A stretch of DNA of 64,000 nt from Hydrolagus colliei. Taxonomy: Eukaryota. The stretch spans positions 8,494,001 through 8,558,000 of the forward strand of contig CM068761.1 of assembly GCA_035084275.1 (NCBI GenBank), given 5' to 3'. Made by a program: the position numbers and the translations under genes. Under the pieces are notes generated by a model that made no database searches, had not been told where the DNA came from, and saw only the letters and a list, made by a program, of their open reading frames with translations. Below are positions 1 through 10,040 of the stretch, piece by piece. Numbering within the stretch: position 1 is the stretch's first letter; each line of letters starts with the position of its first letter.

Positions 1-1871
1 TCCATATTTACCTAAATAATATACGCCAGTGAAGCATCACTTGAAACGAAAAGTCATCATTAAATGAAAGGTACTTTCTCAACGGTATTATTATTTATTT
101 CTTTTTTAATACACTACAAGTGTGAGTTTTTTTATTGAAGGCCATTTTGGATTTCTATGTATGAGCAAATCATTTGATCTTGCCCTGTCAAAAATGTGCA
201 TTGAATGATCGCATGCTTCCATACAAGCGAGTTTTCAAATTTGAAGACTTGAGTAGATCACTTTCTGAAATGCACTGGTGTGTATGTCCTACACTGGTGG
301 AGGTGCCATCCTTTGGATTACACTTGAAACCAAATACCATTTTCTTGTTAATTTGGAAGTTAAGGATCCCATGTCACAATGCAAATGGGGAACAAAGCGT
401 TTGGTGTCCTGGCCAACAATTGCCCCAAATAAAACTATCATTCATTTCAAGGCTGTTTGTGAAACATCACCATACACTGATTTGCTGCTTCATTTTTCCA
501 AACAGCATGCACAGGATATTCCGCGAAGCATCGTGACAGGTCCTCTTGCTATGAAACGTGCTTTGTCAAAAGTGTTATCTATTTATTTCATTTAAAAGTA
601 CATGTATTATGGAAGTGTTCAGTTTAAAAATGAATGCAGTGTTGGGTTTTCTATGCATGTGGAAGTTACTTTGACGTGTCCTAAATGTGCATGGGATCAG
701 CGCATGGTCAGAAATGAATACACGTGAGAGGGAACTCTGGGGGAATCTTCACTTGAGGACTGTTCTTTTAGCGGGTTGTGTAACATTAATCTGCTTTTAC
801 GCTTCCCGTTCCAGTCTATAGCACAATTTCTATGTCAATGACATGTCCAGAAGATGGGACGTATGTCTTTGTATATTGATGCCATTATATCTCTGTTCCC
901 TGGAAGGAAAAGTAGATTAACAGCCGTTCATGTTTTATCAGAAAAAGCAATGGCTGCAAATTAATTCACTGTGGCACTGATCTGGCTGTGATTCGCACAG
1001 GATGACTCCAGTCTCTGTTAAAGGGAACGTAACCGAAAAAATGTGTGGACAACCTGTGTGTGGATTTTATTTGGTATTTTGTTTTGAATTGATGTCATAA
1101 CAAATATATTGATAACTAAATACATGTTTTCAAACATCTTAAACCCTTCTCTTTTGGTACCACGACTGTCTCCAGGTAAATCCCTTCGATCGAATATGAA
1201 ATAACTATCAAAAAGTCAAAAGAAACCCAAATATGTCTATATGTGTGTGTGAGGGACGGGTAATAGCAAATGACAGTCGCCCCTCACGATTAATGTGTTG
1301 TTGTTCCCCAGGCTGGTTGATCAAGAGAGCCGGCACTGTATTCATTGTATATAACTTTGCATGAAAGAAACGTTCTTTTATCATCGGGAAATGTGAATCG
1401 CGCTATCATTCTGCTGTTAAATATATTACATCTGCAGTGAGGCATGGTGCAGTAAAGGGAATCCTAGCGTGAGGGCAGGGCTGGTAGCTGCCAGAAGGTG
1501 AATTGGAAAAAAGTATTTCAGGAATAGATAAACCGTATTTGTGAGGATCCCTGTCGCCGGCTGTGAAGTGTGACGTGCACGGCAGGGTCTGTATCAGTTG
1601 AGGTGTGGCTTGTCAGTGTGTAAACTGTAACTGAATGAAAATATGAAACTTTCCCAACTACAAATTATCTTTCATCGGAACAAGCTTCACAAGTGAATAA
1701 ATCTCCTTGTACCTGGGCAAGCGAATCTTGCAGGATTCACACACAGCAAAGCGGTGAACTACATGAATATTTAATAGAATAAGACCACGACACTGTCAAT
1801 AATTGAAGTTTGTGCTATTTAAAAAAAGCTCTGTTTCACACTGCAATTGAAAAATAGCATCATTTTCTGAT

Positions 1872-2150
1872 GTCTTGTAGGTCAGTTTAGAAGACTTGCC
1901 TTACAATCGAGTGACCTGGGTTTGATTCGTCAGGGCGAAACCTTGGGTAAATTACCTTACCCCACACGCCCGATAATAATCCCTAAAACCCCCCATTAAT
2001 AAATTGGTCATTTCACGACTGTTTGTTGGAAACAACTTTGAGTAATTGGCTGCCCCTTTCGCTCACGTATACACAGTATATTCTGTGATGCGCTATCGGA
2101 CGTCTAGAAGACGTGGAAAGCACCATTTTTAAATTAAGGATTATTATTAC
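1872..2150 (+). mobile_element. tRNA-derived SINE just upstream of the promoter (orthologues at about 12938-13225, 32443-32722, 43155-43452, 56831-57110)
   Basis: Degenerate A/B-box head (tagagcacttgcc...gggtttgattc), core cacgactgtttg..aattggctgcc, L2-like tail gcgct...(att)n. Confidence 0.75.
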
Positions 2151-2298
2151 TTTATCAAGGTCTTCAGGTTGACACATTATTCAATGTTACCATGAACCAA
2201 ATTTTGAAATCCGGGCAGTAAATTGGTTCAAATTTGCAAGATGCTACATCTGCTGTTCAGAACAAGGATTCCTATTGGACGATGGAAGCCGGAGGAGA

Positions 2299-2306
2299 AT
2301 TTGCAT
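2299..2306 (+). promoter_or_regulatory. Ig promoter octamer ATTTGCAT (cluster A)
   Basis: Perfect octamer in light-chain orientation, 132 nt upstream of the ATG, followed by a CACCTG E-box. Same position in all four complete clusters. Confidence 0.85.
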
Positions 2307-2430
2307 CAATTGTGAATTCAACTGGACTTGCATCACCTGATGGTTCTTAAGGAGAAGTCTACAATCGAGCAGTAAAGTGGCTTTTGTCTGTGAATCACTG
2401 ATTTCTCTGATGTTCATCAAACTGTTCACA

Positions 2431-5294
2431 ATGGGCGATTGGCTCCGAGTTCTGGCCACTTTGCTCCTGTGTCTGCATGGTAAGCGCTGCGGAATCCGCA
2501 CTGATCTCAATCAGCTTCACTTTGTACAGTTAGTTCTACAGTGTGACCTATCTACAGTGTGACTTATCTACAGTGTGACTTATCTGTGACTTGTTATTTC
2601 TTCAGGAACAACCGCAGCTGTTACCCTGACTCAGCCACCGTCCATCTCAACCTCCCCGGGAAACACCGTCAAGATCACCTGTACCATGTCCGGAGGCAGC
2701 ATCGGCAGCTACTACACGAGCTGGTACCAGCAGAAGCCTGGCAGCGCCCCTGTGTTTGTTTGGTATGAGTACAGTAGTAGCTCCACCAGAGGTCAGGGGA
2801 TTCCTGATCGATTCACTGGTTCTGTGGACTCATCGAGCAGCGCCATGCATTTAACCATCAGCGGTGTGCAGCCGGAGGACGCCGCCGATTACTACTGTGG
2901 TGTCTGGTATAGCAGCAGCTATCCCTTCATCTTTGGTACAGGGACCAAGCTGATTTTGAAAAGTAAGTAATCTTGTTTCGACTTTAGATGATAATTGTGA
3001 TCACGTCAGGAGGACGTCCAAATATAATTGTATGTTTGTCTGTATTCGATATTGTTTCACACGCTTTCTGTGATAGTCACATCTGGTTTCCTAATGATAA
3101 ACCTTTTATGTGGAAATCGGAATTTTTAAAGAATCAAACACACGATACCTGATGTTAACTGAAATTCTGTGAAGAATTTGGACGGATATTACAGCCAACT
3201 AACAATGGTAAAAAGGTGGAGAAGGACTGACATAAGCGAAGATGAGATAATCGTGGTGATATTTATACTTAACATTCTGAAGGCTTGAAGATGTCAGATT
3301 CACTGAAGCACCGCTTAGAGATCCTGATAAAGAATGAGCTACACCAGGGAAATTAGTTCACACTTCACGCCTGAGATTGAAGTTAAATCTCTTTGTGCCA
3401 GATTATTTAATTTCTATGTTTACTTGTTAACCTCTTTCCCCAGTCTGTCAGCACGAAGTGATGTTTAAAAGAATCTCCATCATAAGGAGATCAACAGTAT
3501 ATTTCCATTTGGTGACTGTCGCTGGTGTCTAATGGACCGATTGGTGAGCGGTTCAATCTCAGAGGGAACCAGATACCCTGAAAATAGTGTTCGTCCGTGA
3601 CTAACTGATCATTTTGAAAATTTAAACTTCTTTGAGACTGAGTAACATTATGTGTAACCAATATATGGATGATATAGAATAACTCTTGCCCAGTTTGTTC
3701 TCAGCATTAGTACGCATTCAAATCTAATCAATTCGTTTTAGAATAATTCAAATGTTATAATCTGCTCCGTGTTATTGCCATAAACAGTCTTTGCATTTTA
3801 ACATTTTTCTATTCCAGAGTTCTATTCGGAGTTGTTCAAATATTTTAATTTCTCCCCATTACCCCGATTAAAATACATTTCTATTTTACCATTTATTGAA
3901 CGCATTTATCTTCAGATTTCTAATTTTACAAACGTATTATTTTCTCCCAATTCCGTGGTTGATGTCGCTAAGGGCAGCACCATTGGAGAGACTCAATAAT
4001 ATCATGGTTTTCACCACAAGTTGCTGCAGTTGGTCAGATGGGAATCATTCCTCATTAAAGACAGAGGCTGAGCGCCGGCTCAATCTGGTCAAAATACATT
4101 TTCTTCCTTGAAAATTAACTTTATTGTTGCCCTCAGGCATCATATGAAAGGGATTCCCATTTGCGTATTGTGATTTGTGTATTGTTAATTGTGACTTGTG
4201 TATTGTGCGCTGTTAATTATGAATTAAAATCAGCAAATACGGTGCCAAATAAATTATTGTGAAATCGGAAGCCCCTTTCTGTAACCAATCAAACATTGGA
4301 TTCTGATTGTGCTCTTAAATAGTTTTTCAGTGCAGAGTGTTTGGACAAAAGGACAACGTTCATTTTCGTCCTATTTTCAGGATCTTACTCTTTTTACAAA
4401 CTCTATCGAATTAATAATGATGTTTCACTGCGCCTCCCGCCACATAATCCTTGTGACGCGACGTTTAGTGTCTAGTGTTATTTCTTATGATTGTATTTAC
4501 TAATTAGGTGAATTGAGGAAAAGTTTAACGTTTGCCCACCACTGCAAAAAAAACCTATAATAAATTGGTCATTTCAATCCACGACAGTTTGTGAGACACT
4601 GCCTTGCGCAATTGGCTGCCTACAGTATATTTTGACAAATTTAAGACGCCAAGAGCACTATATCAAATGCGAGGATTATTATGATTATTGTTGAGCTCTC
4701 AGCAGCAAACTATTGATAGTATAATAATGAACGGTGTGTGATGGTGTATGATGACCCCCAACACTCATTGTTCCCTTTATATTGTTACACTTGAACATTA
4801 CCGTCTAAAACTCTACACAAGAAAATATTTTACCATATACAGGAATATGAACTACTGTATAGGATTATTTATTGGTGATCCTGAAGTTTTGTCGTGCTAT
4901 TCAACTGTTCGATTGTAACTTAAAATGTTAAAAAATGAATTAAAAATTTTTTATCCACATTTTTGTTCCAGACCCACGGGCCCCCTCGGTGACGGTCCTT
5001 CCGCCGTCACCAGATCAAATCACAGCTAATTGCAAGGCGACCCTGGTGTGTCTGGTGAAAGATTTTAACCCGGGAGCTGTGGAGGTCAAGTGGACTGTGG
5101 ATGGCAGTGCCAGAAGTGAAAGTGTTGAAACGAGTGCGATCAAGCAGGAGGTGGACAACACGTACAGTGTGAGCAGTTATCTGACTCTGCCAGCCTCCGA
5201 GTGGGAGTCACACGAGCTGTATTCCTGTCTGGTCACACACGAGACTCGGGGGACTCCGCTCGAAAAAACCATCGCCAGATCCAGTTGTATCTAA
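2431..5294 (+). CDS. IGL: Ig light chain cluster A (lambda/type II, germline-joined VJ); exons 2431-2479 (leader), 2606-2962 (VJ), 4972-5294 (C); 242 aa
   Basis: Leader [20 protein letters not shown] with GT-AG phase-1 introns. V has ITC, WYQQKPG and DYYC fused in frame to J (FGTGTKL) with no RSS or spacer. C1-set domain ends ARSSCI. The spliced frame is open. Confidence 0.95.
2536..2592 (+). repeat. 16-bp tandem repeat (ctacagtgtgacYtat) in the leader intron
   Basis: About 3 units in A, B and D (126-nt intron) and about 2 units in C (110-nt intron). Confidence 0.8.
4545..4690 (+). mobile_element. 5'-truncated SINE in the J-C intron (orthologues at about 15625, 35135, 44145, 59535)
   Basis: Same core and tail as the promoter-proximal SINE. 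Confidence 0.7.
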
Positions 5295-5607
5295 ATTAGG
5301 AACATACAGAGCTAGTAGAATTTGTCTTTGGCAATCTACATTAATAATAAGAACTGTGTTAATAAGTGTTTGGAAATTAAAGTAATTAGGTCAGGAATGC
5401 CTAAATTGAAAAATAAATTCGCTTAAATACCTCCGATAAATTTCCAACTAAAGAAAGAAGCTGTTAGATTTTTAAGTAGAGTGTTACAATACGGCAATAA
5501 TAATTTTTACTGTTTCCTGGAATTAAATAGTTGTATTTTATAGTTGTTCACGATGCAAGAATCAAACGCCCTGTGAAACATTACAGAAATAAGAAATACT
5601 ACAGTTT

Positions 5608-5613
5608 AATAAA
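5608..5613 (+). terminator. Probable polyadenylation signal of cluster A (homologues at 16736, 36215, 45212, 60607)
   Basis: AATAAA about 310 nt after the C stop codon, conserved in all five C-bearing units. The AATAAA at 5412 is seen only in A. Confidence 0.55.
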
Positions 5614-6133
5614 ATAACTCTTCCATTTCCATCTGTGCCATGGCTATTTTTCTTCCATTTCTGCTCTTAATTTCATTATTATTTTGTCTAAAACACGACG
5701 TTGATCTGATCAATTAAACATACATGCAGTATTTATATGCCTTTGAAATTTATCGAGCAGAATTTTGGAAACAACTTAATCTTGGTCGCTAATTGGGATC
5801 CTTTTCATGTTGTTGTTAAAAAGAACCATCCTTCAAAGTAAACTCAATATCAATTAAAATTAAAGTGAATTCAAATTATCGCACAATGTTCAGTGTTAAG
5901 TCATGATTGTTGTTACAGGCTGAGTACGTGTGAAATGCTCTCCCCAACAATACTGTACATCCACCTTGGGTTTGGAAGATAATTCATTGAGATACTTTTG
6001 CCCCCTGTCTCTCCAGCCCGCCAATCTCTATAGAACTAAATCAAAGTATTACTCAAGTGCTTCACTCGATCATTATGCTGAGCTTTTGTGTTGTCAGAAG
6101 GAGTCACAACCTATTGAAAGGTTATATGACCAT

Positions 6134-6144
6134 CAGATGCAAAT
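6134..6144 (+). promoter_or_regulatory. Candidate 3' enhancer element: overlapping E-box CAGATG and octamer ATGCAAAT
   Basis: Octamer at 6137-6144; also intact at 17266 and 36744; mutated at 45740 and 61135. Confidence 0.4.
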
Positions 6145-6747
6145 GAAATATCAAAATGTACCCACTCCGAAGAGCTCATTGCAGAGTTCCTCCCCTCCCC
6201 ACCCCGTGGTCAGTGAGCTCCAAACCTGCCTTAAAGATACCAACTTCCGCATTGCAGCATTGCACAGACCTTTTAACACACGCAGGTGTCCCTGGAGTTT
6301 CTTTCAATACTTTAATCTGCTGTCCATTCTTGTCAATATTTTCATTTTGTTGCAAACAATTAAATCAGTACATTTTAACCACTAAATAGATCTGTTCTTT
6401 GTGGGTCGATATCAAAACAAGTGTAAAACATTGAAATGGAACTATGGTAATAGGAAGCTGGACAACTACGTGTCTGAAATTTTCGAATTGCAGCTGGTAC
6501 TTATGTAATCGAGATGTTCACATAACTCATATGGAATGAATCCCAAGCTCTGGCTAATGTAACAATATAATAGCATATAGTTATGGTTGAATTGAGAGAA
6601 TTGATTATTTGGAAGCAAATAGTATAATTGATTGAACCAATAAAAACAATGAAATTGTAAAATGAATGAAATACTCAACCCAACCGACAGTGTGCGGGCC
6701 ATGTTCGGCATTCACATAATATAGTTTGCTGGTCTCCTAGTCTAAGA

Positions 6748-6755
6748 ATTTGCAT
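6748..6755 (+). promoter_or_regulatory. Second downstream octamer ATTTGCAT
   Basis: Also intact at 18060 and 61738; deleted in unit C; mutated in the orphan unit (46533). Confidence 0.35.
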
Positions 6756-7296
6756 TTGTTAATGCTTATGAATGCTTATCACAACCAACCAGGTCCGAGA
6801 TCCACGTTGACGTATTCTGACTCATGCGCTAATTTGTGAGTAAAAATTGTAAGTGTTGATTGTACTTCATGGGGGAGGAGGATTCAAAAATGTTATTTTG
6901 GTCATCGTTCACCACCATTTTATATTCTGTTTTGGTGGGCCTAATGCCGGAAAACACATACTGATACGGCATAAACGTGTGCTTAATGACAACGATACTT
7001 AAGAAATCTTTTTAACGTAGTGGATATATAATCTCTTTAAGTAATTATCAATACTGGATCTGCTCAAGTAACGTTGGGGATTTGTTGTTAAAAATGTGAT
7101 TTTAAGTGAAATACCGTATAGGGAAACCTAAATTACCATAGCCCCTAATGCAATCAACAGGGATTATGTGTCTTGAGCACATTTCTGGTTCACATTTTCT
7201 GACACTAATATTGAATAAAGTTCAAAAAGAACACCACTAGTATTGAAAATAAAAATTAAATAAAAGTTTAAAGTTTAATAAACACTTAAATTGGAT

Positions 7297-8232
7297 AATA
7301 ACAACAAAAGTACATTGATAGAGCGCCTTTCATGTCAGGAGGATATCCCAAGTCGTTGAACAGACAGATCAGGTCTCGATCATTTAAATGGGGGGTGGGG
7401 CGAAGGACAATCGGAAAGGGGGGAGTGTTAGGCAGTGAGGAGAAGGCACGGTCAAAGAGCAAGATGTTGAGACCGACCTAAAAGGAGGAAAGGGAGGAAC
7501 AGAGGTGAACGGGTTGTGGAATGGAGTTCCAGAGTGTGGGGCAGTGTGGCTGAAAGCCGGGTCACTATGATAGGTCAGTTTCGGATGGGGAACATGAAGC
7601 AGGAAAGAGCCCGTTCAACAGTGGGGATGGGCACGCTGATAGGGAGTCAGTAGGTTGGAAAGATAGGCCGAGAGAAGGCAATGAATGGCCTTGAAAGTGA
7701 GGATGAGGATCTGGAATTTAACCATGTGGATGATGGGGAGCCAGTGGAGATGGGCGAGGTTGGGAGTGATGTGGTCGCGGAGCCTAATGCAGGAGAGTCC
7801 ATGAGCTGCAGAGTTCTGAATAGTCTTCTGTATTTGAGCCTAGATGTGATGAAAGCGTGGATGAGTTTTTCAGCAGCATGGGGGATGAGGTAGTGGCGGA
7901 GTCTATCAATGCTGCGGAGTTATTGGAAGGCTGTACTGGTCATGGAGCGGATTTATGGGTGGAAGGATACTTTGGGGTTGAACAAGACACCCAAATTCCT
8001 GACTGGCTTCAAGAGGTGGAGAGTGCACCCTTGAATGCCGATGTTGCCAGCACCTGAGCTGTGGAGTCTCTGACGTGAGTGAATCAGGATGGCCTCTGTC
8101 TTGTTGATGTTTAGTTGGAGAATGTTGTCCATTGTCGAGGATTAAATGATGGACAGACATGCAGTCAGAATTGCATTAGTCCTGGAGTTGAGGGTGGAAG
8201 CGGAAAGGTAGAGTTGGGTGTCTTCCGCATAA
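7297..8232 (-). mobile_element. L2 LINE 3' portion (decayed RT C-terminus and tail)
   Basis: YAEDTQLY, NNFLQLNINKTEAIL, VRNLGV and LTPHSAETLIHAFITSRL-type motifs, plus a (TTG/TTA)n tail. Confidence 0.85.
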
Positions 8233-9029
8233 ATATTGGGAGTATGCACCAAAATTCATCATCCGTGCTGTGATTGGTTTGAAATTGTGATGGGTGGAAG
8301 CACGACCAATGTACGATGAACGAGAAAGGACTTGAGATGAGATTTCAATGAGTGAAGGCAGTACAAAGCAAAGTGTTTCCAAGACAATTTTCCCAAGGAG
8401 TATGGCCAAAACATGATGAAGGCCTTTCGTGATGAATGCAAGAATGATCGTCTCTGCTGCAGAAGTGGATAGGCAGTGGCAGTGTTGTTCAATATAGTGG
8501 AAGTGCAGGAATACAGAACTGTGGGTGACATCCAAATTGGGAAAAGGAAAGATCAGCATCCAAGAGAATAGTGATGCTTTGTAGAAGCTCTGGGCGGTGA
8601 TAAATGAAATTGTGAATAGTGCTGTTGTCAGTTCTTTGGGTGAGGAATTGCAAACCGGAGCCAAATTAGATGGCCTTCACCTTGTCAACTTTAAACTGGA
8701 GAAAATTAGCCATTATTCAGGGCTTGCTGCCTGAAAATGGAAGGAAACCCATTGAGAAATATGGAGGAACAGCTTGAACACATGTTTATTTGTAAACAAC
8801 AAGAACAAAATACCATGTCTATAGCACCTTTCAAATTAGGAGGATGTCCCAACGCACTGACCAGTCAGTTAGGGCCCAGAGCGGAGGGGCAGGGGTCAGT
8901 GTAGGAGGAAGTAGAGTAAGCGAAGTGACTGTATATTTGTGAGCTAAACACGGCAGCCAAAATTTGAGCACAGCAGTGTCCCACGAATAATCGTGGGAGT
9001 GGGGCTAAAGGGGAGAAAGGTGGAAAAGA

Positions 9030-9520
9030 GCATAAGTGGGGAGGGGGAGGGAAAGATGAGGTGAGGTGACGTCGGGGAGGAAAAGGGTAGGAGATAGGGG
9101 GTTAAGGTGTCTAGGGAGGGAAAGGTGGTGGTGGGGCAAAAATCAGGGAGAAATGGAGGGAGTAAGGGCGTTAAGGGGGAACAGGGAGGGAAAGGATGAA
9201 AGGGTGAGAGGGAAAGAATGGGGGGGAAAGGGAGCAGTTGGATGGAAGAGGGAGAAGAGGGGGGGTGGAAAAAAGGGAAGAAAGGTGGGAAGAGAGGGAG
9301 GGGAAAGAAAGAGAGGGTGGAGTTGAAAGAGCGAGAGGAAGGAAAGGGGTAGTATGTGGTGGGGGGAAGAGAGAGGATGAAAGAGAGGTGATGAAAGAGG
9401 GAAGTGAAGAGGAGTTGGGGGTAGAGATAGGCAAAGAAGAGAGGTAAAAGGGGTGGAGAGAAATGAGGAATGGTAGCGAGGGAAGTAATGGGGGGAAAGG
9501 TTAGAGGGCAAAAGAGGGGT
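9030..9520 (+). repeat. Purine-rich (G/A) low-complexity tract
   Basis: About 0.5 kb, predominantly G/A on the + strand. Confidence 0.9.
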
Positions 9521-9559
9521 GATTAATTAACGGCAACAAAAAAAGAACAATAACAATAA

Positions 9560-9715
9560 TGAAGTCCTTGAGCTCGCCATTACTTGTCCTCACCATCTAC
9601 CTGGACGATCTACTTAAGATGGAACTGGACGTAGGTGAAGTGGGAGGAGAGGGCCAACAGTGATGAGTTGAACAGCACCTGCTCGGCCTCCATCCGCTGC
9701 AGTTTCTCATGGATT
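9560..9715 (-). pseudogene. RUNDC1: RUNDC1-like N-terminal coiled-coil fragment, copy 1
   Basis: [31 protein letters not shown].IVQ...ELKDF resembles RUNDC1 [17 protein letters not shown]...RELEDF, recognised from memory. Confidence 0.7.
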
Positions 9716-9754
9716 TGGCCTAGTATGGTGACATGCCCCAAACCAACCAGCACC

Positions 9755-10040
9755 TCAGCCGGTGTACTTTGTGATGGTCAGGATGCTCTCGAACACGGCG
9801 TGTTTGGCCAGCTCAACCAGCAGCAGAAGCATGACCGCCATCTGGATCTCCCGCGAGAAGATGGTCTGCCACTTGCTATACTGGATCAGGTAATATGCCT
9901 CGCAGGCGATCCACTCAAATATGTCTTTGACGAACGAGTTTACACATTCATGGCTGATGATGGGATGCCAGTGTTTTGGTGGACCTGCTTCAGCACCTTG
10001 TACATGTATGAGGTGTAACTCTGTGTCCTGCGCTTGCAGT
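9755..10040 (-). pseudogene. H2B: Histone H2B-like pseudogene, copy 1 (frameshifted)
   Basis: [15 protein letters not shown]...[20 protein letters not shown]...TKYT matches the H2B histone fold. 1-nt frameshift near the AMN motif. Confidence 0.9.

Noticed and set aside
174-595. Recurrent ORFs in the upstream block (also 30740-31161, 55096-55497) as a conserved gene
   Set aside because: They recur only because the block is duplicated. Starts, stops and frames differ between copies and no domain is recognisable.
1872-1950. tRNA gene
   Set aside because: Degenerate A/B boxes run into a SINE core and L2-like tail. No cloverleaf is apparent.
2536-2592. tacagtg/cagtgtg repeats as RSS heptamers or a CRISPR-like array
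   Set aside because: They lack the invariant CAC, a nonamer and unique spacers. This is a simple 16-bp minisatellite.
2686-2970. ORF-track proteins MSGGSIGS... (also 13771, 33243, 57646) as stand-alone genes
   Set aside because: They start at an internal Met of the VJ exon and read into the intron. The real CDS is spliced.
4149-4159. NF-kB site (GGGATTCCC) in the J-C intron
   Set aside because: Complete only in A. The other four copies read (g/t)ggattccga.
9030-9520. Purine tracts as Ig switch regions, and their Pro/Leu/Ser- or Gly/Glu/Arg-rich ORFs as genes
   Set aside because: No tandem AGCT/GAGCT units, light-chain context, and the ORFs are low-complexity artefacts.
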